The notes under the pieces were generated by a model. It was given only the letters and a program-made list of their open reading frames with translations. It searched no databases and was not told where the DNA came from. A stretch of 64,000 nt of DNA from Macrostomum lignano (lineage: Eukaryota): assembly GCA_002269645.1 (NCBI GenBank), contig NIVC01001500.1, positions 213,935-277,934 of the forward strand. The letters are read 5' to 3'. The translations under genes and the position numbers were made by a program. How positions within the stretch are numbered: position 1 is the stretch's first letter; every line of letters starts with the position of its first letter. Shown here in pieces: positions 10,185 through 21,966 of the stretch.

Positions 10185-10924
10185 GCGCCAAAATGAGTAG
10201 CAGTTGGCGCTAAAATGAGTACTAGGGAGCTGCCAAAATTGGTACAGGGAGCCGCCAAAATGAGTACCAGGAAGCTGCCATAATGAGTACCAGAGAGGCG
10301 CCAAAATGAGCACCAGAAAGCTGCCAAAATGAGTACCAGAGAGCTGCCAAAATGAGTACCAGAGAGCTGCCAAAATGAGTACCACAGAGCTGCCAAAATG
10401 AGTACCAGAGAGCTGCCAAAATGAGTACCAGAGAGCTGCCAAAATGAGTACCAGAGAGGCGCCAAAATAAACCCCAGAGAGGCGCCAAAATGAGCACCAG
10501 AGAGGCGCCAAAATGAACACCAGAGAGGCGCCAAAATGAACACCAGAGAGGCGCCAAAATGAGCACCAGAGAGGCGCCAAAATGAACACCAGAGAGGCGC
10601 CAAAATGAGTACCAGGGAGGCGCCAAAATGAGCAACAGAGAGGCGCCAAAATGAGCACTAGAGAGGCGCCAAAATGAGTACCAGGGAGCCGCCAAAATGA
10701 GCACCAGAGAGGCGCCAAAATGAGCACCAGAGAGGCGCCAAAATGAACACCAGAGAGGCGCCAAAATGAGTACCAGGGAGGCGCCAAAATGAGTACCAGG
10801 GAGCCGCCAAAATGAGTACCAGGAGGCGCCAAAATTAGTGACAAGAAGACGCCAAAATTAGCACCAGAGAGGCGCCAAAATGAGCACCAGAGAGGCGTCA
10901 AAATGAGTACCAGGGAGCCGCCAA
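10185..10924. repeat. 23-bp minisatellite (GAGAGGCGCCAAAATGAGTACCA), about 32 units, in SPSB3 intron
   Basis: Direct reading. Confidence 0.96.
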
Positions 10925-11070
10925 GCTTGTTACTTAGACACAAAATATCGCCTGTAAAACATTATCAACTGTATATGAATATTTTTATTTCTTAATCGAG
11001 GAAGGAGACAAGCTAGGCATACACGCTCTGACACAATTATTTATGAAAGAAAAGAAAAACAAATCCTCAC

Positions 11071-11792
11071 TGATTCTGTTGAAAGTAGCCATTATAGGAC
11101 AGTCCCATCGAGTCGGGTCCCAATCCCAGTAGGGATACGAATGCGCTATGATGACTGCGCGGCTCGAATCCTGTCGAGCAGACGCCGGCCATAATATCGG
11201 TGCCATAAACCGGGCTGACAAATTTCAATTCCCAATAATGCAAGCCGTCTATTAGTGGCCGGTTGCCAACCGCTGCCGCGGTGCCTCGGCTAAACAGCGG
11301 ATGAAAGCTGACGATCCGGCCGCAGCTGGACAGGGCACAGTCGGCGGCCTCCGGCTCTGCCCAGGACCAATCGGCGTCGCTATTATCGTGCCGACTACCG
11401 CCGTCGCCGACTGTCGATGCCGACAACTCTTCGCCGCAGGCGCAATGAATCCAAGTCAAAGATCTGGCACCGCCGCCGTTGGCTCGGGGACAGTTGCAGA
11501 ACGACTCGGTGTCTCTGCGCGGTTTGTACAGTTCGGACAGGCCGCCGCCCTGGGCGCTGATGGCTGCGGTTCGGCGATGCTGTTGAAGATGATGACGGAG
11601 TCTGAGATGGCGCCGAGGCGACTCACCACTGTTGCTGCTTCTGTCATCATCGTCTAGGAGGGTGAGCCTCAGCTGCTCGCCAGCGGCCGACTGCTGAGGC
11701 TGATGATCAGCGCCAGTGTAGCCATCGCTGCTGATGCTGCTACTGCTGCTGTTACTACTGTCAGTAGTAGTGCTGTTGTCTGGTGCTGTTGC
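11071..11792 (-). CDS. SPSB3: SPSB3-like gene, exon with N-terminal region and SPRY start
   Basis: One open frame from the TTTCAG acceptor (11793) containing ESFCNC, CACGEE, FHPLFSRGTAA, HYWELKFVSPVYGTDIMAGV and GLSYNG; donor GTGAGG. No ATG, so an upstream exon is required. Confidence 0.92.
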
Positions 11793-11959
11793 CTGAAATC
11801 ATTTTTGTCATTTTCTAACTAATACATTAGAAAATATATATAAAATAAAACCAATTACTTTAAGGGATTAGTTTAAGGGGAAGCCTCTCTATCCGGCTCT
11901 CAGGTCCTTTAGAACTTCACAATAGCATACTGGCCTGCTTAAGGTTTATGACACTTCTC

Positions 11960-12160
11960 TGCTCTCTCTCTGATCTCATATCTTGTCTTTTCTCTCTTCT
12001 ATCCCTTCTCTCCTCCCCTTCTCTCTTTTTTCCTCTCTTACCATATTTCATCTCTTCTCTTCTCTTGTCTCATATCTTCTCTTTAATTCCTTTGCCTCTC
12101 ATTTCTCCATCTCTCTTCCCTTGATATCTCTTCTTGTTCCCTTCTCTGACTCGCAGTCAC
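11960..12160. repeat. CT-rich low-complexity tract
   Basis: Almost purely pyrimidine sequence. Confidence 0.85.
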
Positions 12161-12203
12161 GCGCTGGATTCTCTATCTGGCCCTTAAGGTAAAAAACGTT
12201 TGC

Positions 12204-12345
12204 CACTCACTGGGTGAAAGCATCGGACTGACAACTGAAAGGTCGGTGGTTCGATTCCCGATCCCACTAGAGCAATTTGTATACTTGAGCAAGAACTATT
12301 ATGCATTGCTTCAGTTCACCCAGCTGTAACTGAGGGTGTGTGGCG
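12204..12345 (+). mobile_element. tRNA-derived SINE with CORE/Meta-like central domain
   Basis: B box GGTTCGATTCCC at about 12248, followed by CTTGAGCAAGAACT...TTGCTTCAGTTCACCCAGCTGTAA, which resembles conserved SINE core domains. Confidence 0.65.
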
Positions 12346-13371
12346 ATCCTCCAGTCCTCAGACTGAACTGCCATATGCAGCCTTCAGATGCGCCACACAA
12401 TAGCTGAGGCTGAGCTGTCAGTTGCACATCTGGCTCAATTAGGGCCAATCTATATATTATTTTTTATATATTGTTAATATAGAAAGAAGCCACAGTTTTG
12501 CATTTGACTAATTATGCTATGGATGGCCCTTAATATGGCAAAACACTACTTTTGTACATCTTTTGAAAAATAATAATAATATATTAATATGGTATAAAAA
12601 TAACAAAATTAGGAGCATCCTCTTTGGGAAAAGGAGACATCCTTTTTTTGCTATATCAACAATTTCTTTAGAAAAATTTTTTTTAATTATTTTTTTGATG
12701 TTATCCTTTTATATTTTATATTTGAGACCTAGGATGACTTTTTAGACTTTGCTACTAAGGCTTTTTGGCTATGTTGGTTATATTATTAAATTTACTTAAT
12801 AGCAGTCTGCACCCCTTATTAGGAAGGCAACAAAGAAATAAATATATATTTTCAAAAAACTACTGTAGCTTTAAACCTTATATAGTCACTAACATTAGTA
12901 TCATTATATTATTTGCTTTTACTTAGCATTTTAGCAATTCCCTCCTTCTAAGCCTTGATATATATCAAAGCAGTGCTCTATCCTATATTAGCTCGTATAA
13001 GCATTGATAACTTAGCAATTCCTAAATAAATATATAATGTTTAATAAGGCAATTATTCTATGGTTTAACCCTCCTAACCCTGCTGAAAGTCACAACATTT
13101 TAGCCATTTCCCTAATAAGATAAAGCATGCCAGCTATTCCCAATGAGCTTCAAGCCACAAAAATTTAGATATTACCCTTATATGCCCTAACAACTTAACA
13201 GTTTAGCATTTTAGCAAATCCCTTAATGATTCTTCATATTTTAGTAATTCTTTATAATACAATTTAGCCAATAAACTAGTAATTAATAAAAAGCCTATTG
13301 TGGTACAAAATTTATGAAACAAAAAACAAGAGCCAGCTTTTGCTCTACAATGATCACTATTAATTTTATAA

Positions 13372-13713
13372 AGGGCCCGTCAACTCAAGCCCATAAAGTG
13401 GAGCCTGAGTAACCTATATACACAAATGATATATCATTCTGATCACAGTGACACCAGAAAGCAGGGTTTGGCAAAAATGTGACTAAAATTGGACTTGGGA
13501 TAGGGGAGAACAAGCAAGGGGATAATTATAGGGACTCTACTTTATGAGCTTAAGTTGACATATAATAGTCTGGTAATCCCTTATTTATTTACAAGTATTG
13601 TTGCTTTTTGCCAAACCCTGTTTCCTAGTGTCACTGTGAGCAGAAAGATATATCATTTGTATATTTAGGTTACTTATTAGGCTCCACTTTATGAGCTTAA
13701 GTTGATAGGCCCT
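13372..13713. mobile_element. MITE with about 115-bp terminal inverted repeats starting AGGGCC (Harbinger-like)
   Basis: 13372-13486 is the reverse complement of about 13603-13713, with mostly transition mismatches. Confidence 0.8.
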
Positions 13714-15652
13714 TTTATAATAAAAATTTTACTTGACCTTTAGCTGTGCAAAACAGCATGTTTCTATATAAAACCTAATCTTCCTAGCAATTAGCATTGT
13801 ACATTTTTAGGCCTATCCTCAATAATACATTTCTGATGCAAATTACAAGATCCATGGTGTGGTTGAAGTATAGTTCATAATGTACTAATTCTAAAAAATT
13901 CTAATTCAACAATGACAATCTTTTAAAAAATGATAGCCATTTTTATTAAATCAATTACATAGACATAGGTCATAGATAAGCCCTAAGCAAACTATTTGTT
14001 ATAGTATAATTAATTGATTATACTATATTTATGCTAGGCCTAGCTGGTTAGCTAGTTAAATAATAATAGTAACAATAGGCTTTTTAGAAAGAACCAATCA
14101 AAAAGGTGATTGAATACAGGCCTAGTGTCCTTATAAACCATAGTCCTAATTATACACTGTGCACAAAGAATTTTCTTTGCTCTATATGCAGCATGTGGGA
14201 GGGTTGGATCAAATCTACCCTGAGTGTATGCCAATGAACCCAGGAATGGAAAGGGTTGTAGGTTGGGGTGCTTTTTTATGTTGCAACTATATAGCTTTTT
14301 GTGTTTTAAATTTTATGTGAGACTGCAAATAAACAATGCTTATAGAAATGCTCTTTTGTTTGCAACCCAAATACATTTACTTGCTTTTCAGTTATTAAAT
14401 TATCCATGTCTCTTAAAATTTACATACAATACTTTCTTCAAAAAATGATAAGCATTGTATCATAGCTTTGATAATCAGATTTTCTAATCATGGCATAGCT
14501 TTGACTATGGTGCTATGCATTTTTACCTTTTTATATATTGTGCTACTGTAGAAAGCATACCAAAAAACTTTGCCAACTCCTTGATGCACACTGTGCATGT
14601 GGTATTAGACTGCCTGGAACCTTGTTTTTCTCTTAAAAATAGCATCTTCAGGAGTATAGTCTATAAATAAGAAACATATTGGCACTAGTACAGTTTTGTA
14701 TATGAAATTATTTTTCTTTTGAATTTAGCTAAACAAATAATTTTTATTTCATTTTTTATTCCTAAGAGTGCAAAGAACTATTGTAACATGCAAAACATTT
14801 GTTGGTTTGTTTTTATAACAATAAATGTAACTATAAACTAGGAAAGGAGTTTGTAGTTTAGTATATATATAGTTACAGATCAATTGTCATTTATCTTTTT
14901 GCTTTACAAAAAATATAAAAGTAGAAAATGCTTTCTGCTGACTGCTATTCCTTTCCTACATAGGAATTATTAGATACTATCCCTTTGGGCCATAGTCAAT
15001 TTATAAGGTATAGAGTAGACTTCTTTGCTATATAAGCATTGTCTTTCAAATCATTGATTTAGATCCTTTGCACTGGTACAAATTTAAATGAAAAATAATT
15101 TCATAAAATATTGCCAACTGATATGACCATGATGTTAAAAGTCATTAGTATTATCAATTATTGGAACTAGCATAAATTCAAAGAAAATTAATTTTTCAAA
15201 TGAAGCCACACTATAGTGCCAACATATAAATTACACATATTAGAGCTGTCACGAGATCTCGACAAGACAAGATTCAAGACAAGATCTCGACATTTTTTCT
15301 CGTCTCAAGAAATCTCGAATTTTGTCAAGAAATTTGAGACAAGATTCAAGAATTTTTCTGATACCTTTTTTCAAAAGCTTTTAAGGGATAAGATATAAAA
15401 AGGGGAGCAAATTTTTATATAAATACAACTATTTGTTGTAACATGCTTCATAGGGCAATTTTCAAATGGTAAAATCTACCCAATGTCGAGCAGTTTTAGT
15501 TATTTAACGAACATTGTTATATACGAGTTTGTATGGCATATGCACTCTTTTAGTTATCATTTCAGTTCTGCGGCAAGGTGTATCATGGCAGACTTGATTT
15601 CTTTTGACGAATTAGTACCAGACTTTGTACTAGTAAGTAACCTTTAATTAAT

Positions 15653-18034
15653 GGCAGTTGCTATTTGTCCGGTGACTGGATGAATAGCGACATGGTTATT
15701 TGTCCAGTTACCAGACAAATAGCCATTTCACTATTCGTCCGGTTATTTTACCGGACAAATAGCCATTTTGTTATTCGTCCGGTTAAATATATATTACTAG
15801 TACTATCTACTTGTAGGGAATATGTCTGGTTTTTAATGGCTTCTTTACTCATATCTTGATCAATATATTGTTATACTAGTGTACGACTACACGCGCGATT
15901 AGTTTCACTTAAAATTTAGCTTGCAGGCACATTTGTCTTTGCACAATTGTTAAAACTGCTCAATGCTTATCTAGCATTTAGATTAGATAGTAATATCTAT
16001 CTCAAAGGTATATGTATATCTCATCTATATTGCATACTGTATCGATGCAGATGCCACGAGTACTCTAATGGCGGTAGCTTTATGGTGTATCGTAGAAAAC
16101 CAATTGGTATAATAAATTGGCTTTATTCAACACTCAAAAAGTAGTTACTTGGTTAAATTTATTACCACAGACACATGACAATAGCTTTTTTCAATAAAGC
16201 CAAGTCTATACTGCATATTTGCTTCCATTAGGCATTATAAGATTATGTAAATAAACAGTCTGTAATCTGCAACTGTTTTAGTAATAAAATTTCTGCATTT
16301 CTTTGTTCTAATGAATTGCTAAATCGTAACTATAAAGGAGCCAACTAGGAATATAAAAAATTGATAATCAAGTGGTTCAAGTAACATTTTTTACTAGGCT
16401 ATTTGTGTTTTATTATATATATATGTGTTTGATAATAAAGTTTGCAATAATTATGTTGCAAATGTTTTAACAAAGAAATTGCTCATTGTAACCTAATGAC
16501 ATAAGCTATTCTATAAAACTCCATCTATGCTACTCCAGTCCCGCGATTGATCTGTAGTGTCTCTTACTTCTAATTATTTAATCTAAGCATTTGATAGTAT
16601 TTGAAAAACAATAAAGCTGAACTATTTTTTTTATTTCCAGGCCATGGATAGCATAACTGTTGGTGCACGATTTCAGTTGTTCCAACTTCTTTGTGAAGCT
16701 ATAAAGCACTATGAAGAAAGCCGATTTGTTTGGTTTCATGTACGTGATAGCAGAAAGTTGGCTTCACAAAATCAACGTCGCATCAAAAGAGCCATTAACA
16801 ACCAGCTGGGGTTCTACAAGTTGATGTTTGCTTGCATTCATGGTGGGAAAGAACAAAAGTCAACATCAACTGGATGCAGGCCCAAACAGGCGTAAGTACT
16901 GCAATTAAGGATAGCTACAATATTTTTCTTTTATATCTTATATTTTATATTTTGATGGTAAAAGTTTATTTATACTGCTTTCTCAGAACGCTGCAGCTCA
17001 GCTGTCCAGCTAAGATTTGTGTATGTGCCTCCAAGTGTGGTCAATTTCTTGAGATCCGCCAAGTTGTTGATGAGCACAATCATACCACCACCAAGGTAGG
17101 TACATGTACATTGTATATAAAGCATTTGGTTGTGCAAAAAATGTGAATTACACAATTTTTTAAGCAATTGAGTGACTTAAATTTAGTCTACATACATACA
17201 TGTGGGAGTGCATATTGTTTAATCTACAAAATTATTAGTTAAAACTTTTAACTAAGCTTAGCTACATTTGAACTTCTGCCCTAGTCATGACGCTTGACAC
17301 CCAAGGAGCAGCAGAAATCAAAATCGTTTCTTCAGGTCGGAGCAAACAAGAAACTAGTACAAACCCATTTTCTGGAATCCACTGGAAAGCGGGTTCTCCT
17401 GCGCAATATTCATAATCTTGCAGCTGCCATCAAGGCTACAGACACCGACATCATTGATGCTATTCAAAGTCTTGGCCCAGAAGCTTTTTAAGCTATAACC
17501 ACTGAAGGCTCTGGAAAAACTGAAGTTCTGGGACTACTGTACCAAGATGAATTAATGCAAAAGACCTATGAATCATTTCTTGAAATCCTATTAGTCGACG
17601 CAACGTACAAAGTAACGAATGCTGGAATGGCACTTTATGTATTGCTTGCCAAAGATGGAAACGGGGAAAGTGATTTCGTGGCACTGTGGTTGCTGAAAGC
17701 AGAAACCAGTGCAGTTATTTCCGAAGCCGCGCGACACCTAAAGGAAAAAATCCCTGCTGGCAGTGCACCAAAGTCATCATGGCCAACAAAGATTTCGCTG
17801 AACGCAGTCGTACACTAGTATAACAATATATTGATCAAGATATGAGTAAAGAAGCAGTTAAAAACCAGACATATTCCTTACAAGTAGATAGTACTAGTAT
17901 TTAACTAGACGAATAACAAAATGGCTATTTATCCGGTAAAATAACCAGACAAATAGTGAAATGGCTATTTGTCCAGTAACTGGACGAATAACCATGTCAC
18001 TATTCGTCCAGTCACCAGACAAATAACAACTGCC
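15653..18034 (+). mobile_element. MULE (Mutator-like) DNA transposon, internally deleted
   Basis: About 170-bp TIRs starting GGCAGTTG, perfect 9-bp TSD TTAATTAAT (15644-15652, 18035-18043), transposase remnants inside. Confidence 0.92.
16644..17818 (+). pseudogene. MULE transposase remnant (FAR1/ZSWIM3-like N-terminus plus first catalytic Asp), spliced
   Basis: SCPAKI...HNH and EILLVDATYKVTNAGMALYVLLAKDGNGES. GT-AG introns at about 16892-16988 and 17096 onward. Frameshifted and truncated. Confidence 0.85.
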
Positions 18035-18548
18035 TTAATTAATATATTAATGCATGAAGCAAATTTTTAAACATTGGAAATATAATTGTAACATTTTGTC
18101 TTACTGGTTCATTATTTCTTTCTTTCTGATGGCAAAGAATTAAAAAAAAATTAAGAAGGTATTCTGGAAAATCTAAAAAATATATTTTAGAATTGTATCT
18201 TCTCAAAAAATATAAGACAAGACAAGAGCAAGACAAGATGCAAATTTTCTGAAATATATATTTTTTAGATTTACTTTGTCTTGTCTCGTCTTGAAATTCT
18301 CGACTTATAAGCCTTTCTCATCTTGAATCTTGTCTCGAATAAAATCTCTAATTTTGACAGCTCTAACATATATTCATTTAAATAATATTATTAATAGGCC
18401 TACTAAATTAACTAAGTTGATGGCAGACGAGGTAATTGGAATCTATAAAAATAGAGTTGATAAGCTATCGATGCATTTGATTAGCTATTCGATAGCTTAT
18501 CGATGCATTGTAATGATTATGCTGCCAATATTTATGTAATGTATCTTC

Positions 18549-18876
18549 TAACATAAAAGTGTCATGCCAATTTTAAAGGAGCCACTATAGAGCTAAGGAA
18601 ACTGTTGCACTAGCTACTTATTGTCTGGTGGATGCTTACTATTTGGGGATGCTTGCTATCTGGGGGATGCTTGCTATCTGGGGGATGCTTGCTATTTGGG
18701 GGATGCTTGCTATCTGGGGGATGCTTGCTGTCTTGGGATGATTTCTTTTTGCATTACACTTCATTTGAGTAGTTTGTCTGTTGTCTTTGTGAAGGCTTTT
18801 TTTGGCTGTCTTTTTGTTACTTGTAGAGAACAGAGATTCTATCCAGATGCCCCCAACAGGGGGCGAAGATTGCTAG
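18549..18876 (+). mobile_element. Small non-autonomous Helitron-like insert in the 5' LTR, containing an 18-bp repeat (GGGGATGCTTGCTATCTG, about 5 units)
   Basis: Absent from the 3' LTR. Ends with hairpin GCCCCC-AACA-GGGGGC, then CTAG followed by T, the Helitron 3' signature. The 5' TC end is unclear. Confidence 0.65.
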
Positions 18877-19140
18877 TCTATTTTAAAAGTAATCATATTT
18901 AGTACCTACTTCAAATTGTGCATTATTTGTATTTGTATTCTATTTATATTTTACTGTACTTTTTACTGTATGTATTTATGTTTATTTTGCTTGACAGTTT
19001 ATAATGAAGCTTGTTTTAATGACTAATAATTAACTAATATAAATATGAATCATCGATTTTTGGTAAGAGTTCGCCACTCTGATTTAGCACCTCTCGATTG
19101 GAAATTCAAGTGTTGGCTTTGGCAATTCATTTTATTACAT

Positions 19141-19158
19141 TGGCGACCACGCCAGGAC
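19141..19158 (+). promoter_or_regulatory. Primer-binding site, tRNA-Arg type (TGGCGACCACGCCAGGAC)
   Basis: One nt after the LTR end; complementary to a tRNA 3' end GTCCTGGCGTGGTCG-CCA. Confidence 0.8.
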
Positions 19159-20198
19159 CCAGATTCCACGAGGGGACTCCACTGGATCCTTCTGACTCCT
19201 AAGCATGCAGCCAGCAAATCAACACGAGCCGACGCCATGAAGCCAGCCAATGACGGCAGAGATACCATGACTCCACCAGCGCGGGCGTAGGAAATGCGCC
19301 GAAGAGAATTTTCATTGTTTTAATGCACTGTACAGTAATTCCACTTAGTTACTTGTATTCTTTCATATCAAATGTACTTTATACAGTATTTTGGCAATTG
19401 CCACAATGTACTTACTCTTCAAATAATTTTTTCAATGTAACTGTTTTTTTATGAAGGTCACCCAATGGCAGTGCATCACGAAAGTGTGTACAAAAAATTC
19501 TTTTTTCTATAAAGTATTTTTTCTTGATCCATACTGTATGTGCTCTGTGCTGGTTGTGGTAGGGAGAACCCAGGGCTCTGTTATCCCTGTTAGGTTCTGG
19601 TCTATGTACTGTCTTTTTAACTTGCTTCTTATAAGATACTAGACCATTACATTGTTTTTGTTAATGTGTTCTGCTATTCTCATATTAAATGCATAGTTGG
19701 GGAAGCAATTAAATTTGTTCTAATAATTTCACTTTCATGTGTTCATTTACTGTATGATTTATATAGTTAGTTTCTTTACTTTGTATTTCACTCGTTTTGT
19801 ACTTTTATTGACAATGTGGACATTGTCTTCTTTCTCATAGAGGAGGGTAATGTAATGTATCTTCATATCTATTTTAAAAGTAATCATATTTAGTACCTAC
19901 TTCAAATTGTGCATTATTTGTATTTGTATTCTATTTATATTTTACTGTACTTTTTACTGTATGTATTTATGTTTATTTTGCTTGACAGTTTATAATGAAG
20001 CTTGTTTTAATGAATAATAATTAACTAATATAAATATGAATCATCGATTTTTGGTAAGAGTTCGCCACTTTGATTTAGCACCTCTCGATTGGAAATTCAA
20101 GTGTTGGCTTTGGCAATTCATTTTATTACATTTATAAAGTATTTTGTTTATAGGCCCTACTAATTTCATATTAGAAAAATGTTTAGGTTAGGTCTACC

Positions 20199-20492
20199 CA
20201 GTGGTGGATCTAGAGTTTCATTTGGGGGGGGGGAGGAAGGGGGTAGTCCAAGTTTTGGATGCCAAAACGAGTATAGGGGGTACCAATTTTCAATTTTTAA
20301 GCTAATGGCACACAAAATTGCATATAGGGGGCAAAAAATCAAGCTTAGGGCCATACAAAAGGTGTTTAGGGGCAAAAAATCTAGGTTAAGGGAAGCAAAC
20401 TTAGGTTTTTGGAGGGCCCAATATGTTTTATCAAGCGATTATAAGGGGGACAGACACCCCCTGCCCTCCCCTCCCCTCAAAATCCACCCCTG
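20199..20492. mobile_element. hAT-like MITE (CAGTGGTGGAT...ATCCACCCCTG)
   Basis: Short TIRs, degenerate 8-bp TSD GGTCTACC/GGCCTATC. A related end (CAGTGGCGGATCTAGAGTTTCATTT) occurs at about 47904. Confidence 0.7.
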
Positions 20493-20704
20493 GGCCTATC
20501 TACAACTTGTAGTATAAGCCAATTATATATTATTTGAGTTTTATATTTTTATGTACTTGGCACTTGATAGTTGTTGTTTTGTCTGCTGCTAGTTTGCCAC
20601 TTTTTTTCGCCAAAGGGTAGTCCTTTTATACCACTAAATAGGCCTATTTTTTAAATACAATGCCAGTTGCCAGTATTACTATTAGGGCCTATGACTTTAT
20701 AATG

Positions 20705-21966
20705 GGACTTCTTCAAGTTTATGTTGATAAAATACTTCTGATTTTCCGATTTTTCTGAAACTTGCAGTGGACACTTATGGGGCACCAAAAATTTCAAAAA
20801 TGCAAAAAACTGTAGAAAGTTACCTGTATGGTTGATGCAATCACGATTTACTCATTTCCCTATTCTCTTAATGAGGTTCGGTAGCAAAAGTTTCTCCGAA
20901 TACATTTTTGAAAGTGTATCCACTAGACTTTTAATATAATAGCACATGTGCTAGAACTTCATTAGGCCAATTAAAGATAAATATTAATATCTAAAAATTA
21001 ATATGCAATTGTCTTTTACGTTCGATGATAATAGTTTTTCAATTTAGTTATAATGCATAGACACTGTTTGCTTTTTTTTAAATTGCCACGTCACGACCCG
21101 CTTGATCTGTGCACTTGCACTTTCATTGCACCTAGCCAAAGCAACGTTTGCAACTTCAAAGCACTTCGCACCTCTCAACCAATTACTGTACAAGGCTATA
21201 CTACTAATTATATTGTATTATGGCAATAACAGCACCTGATTTCGGTAAGCAAATTCATATAGATAAAGTTATAGAATTTAACCAACTTCTGAATCTGAAA
21301 TATGTTGACTCTTTTCTTGTGTCGTCTGATTCAGACAACCCCCCCCCCCCTATTAGGATTGGAATTTATCAACAGAATCTTGAATAGGTCTCCATGCCTC
21401 TATTCAAGTTTATGTTGATAAAATCAATCCCCATGAAAAATCTCCCCACCCTAAACCCTCCCCCATTCCCCATGCCCCAGTCATTGGTTTTAAGCTACAA
21501 CCCCCCCCCCCTATTAGGATTAGAATTTAACAACACAATCTTGAATAGGTCTCCATGCCTCTATTTAAGTTTATGTTGATAAAATCAATCCCCATGAAGA
21601 ATCTCCCTACCCTAAACCCCCCTTCCCCAATCCCCGACCCCATGCCCCAGTCGTTGGTTTTAAGCTACAACCCCCTCTCCTCCCCCCTATTAGGATTGGA
21701 ATTTATCAACACAATCTTGAATAGGTCTCCATGCCTCTATTCAAGTTTATGTTGATAAAATCAATCCCCATGAAGAATCTCCCTACCCTAAAACCCCCTA
21801 TTCCCTATGCCCTGGTGGTTGGTTTTAAGCTACATATAATTGGGTTAAAGCTACCAAAAAATGGAGCTCAAATTTGAAATCAGCACCATCAAAAACCCTT
21901 ATAGAGACAAAATTATGATCTTATCAAAATTGCAACTATTTTATCAACATAAACTTGAAGAAGTCC
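20705..21966. mobile_element. Non-autonomous DNA transposon with 30-bp TIRs starting GG and 8-bp TSD (Merlin-like or MULE-like)
   Basis: TIR GGACTTCTTCAAGTTTATGTTGATAAAATA at both ends; perfect TSD TTATAATG (20697-20704, 21967-21974). Confidence 0.85.
21340..21800. repeat. About 160-175-bp unit, about 2.7 tandem copies, each carrying a TIR-like TTCAAGTTTATGTTGATAAAAT
   Basis: Direct comparison of the copies, which also explains the duplicated 61/66-aa ORFs. Confidence 0.9.

Larger units (their letters stand above)
15241..18365. mobile_element. Non-autonomous hAT element (TAGAGCTGTCA termini) containing a MULE
   Basis: TIR TAGAGCTGTCA...TGACAGCTCTA, subterminal CTCGAC/ACAAGA repeats, 8-bp TSD ACACATAT/ACATATAT (7/8). 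Confidence 0.8.
18535..20130 (+). mobile_element. TRIM-like non-autonomous LTR retroelement (about 280-bp LTRs, 711-bp non-coding interior)
   Basis: LTRs TGTAAT...TTACA at 18535-19139 (with insertion) and 19851-20130; PBS at 19141; PPT AGAGGAGGG at 19839-19847; 4-bp TSD TTTA. Confidence 0.88.

Noticed and set aside
9741-10943. 400-aa ORF as a single gene
   Set aside because: The N-terminal 280 aa is translated 23-bp intronic repeat; only 9745-10092 is the SPSB3 exon.
12204-12280. Functional tRNA gene
   Set aside because: B box present but no complete cloverleaf, and it continues into a SINE core domain.
19050-19268. Minus-strand ORF as the missing SPSB3 exon 1
   Set aside because: It spans the LTR/PBS of the TRIM-like element and has no convincing donor.
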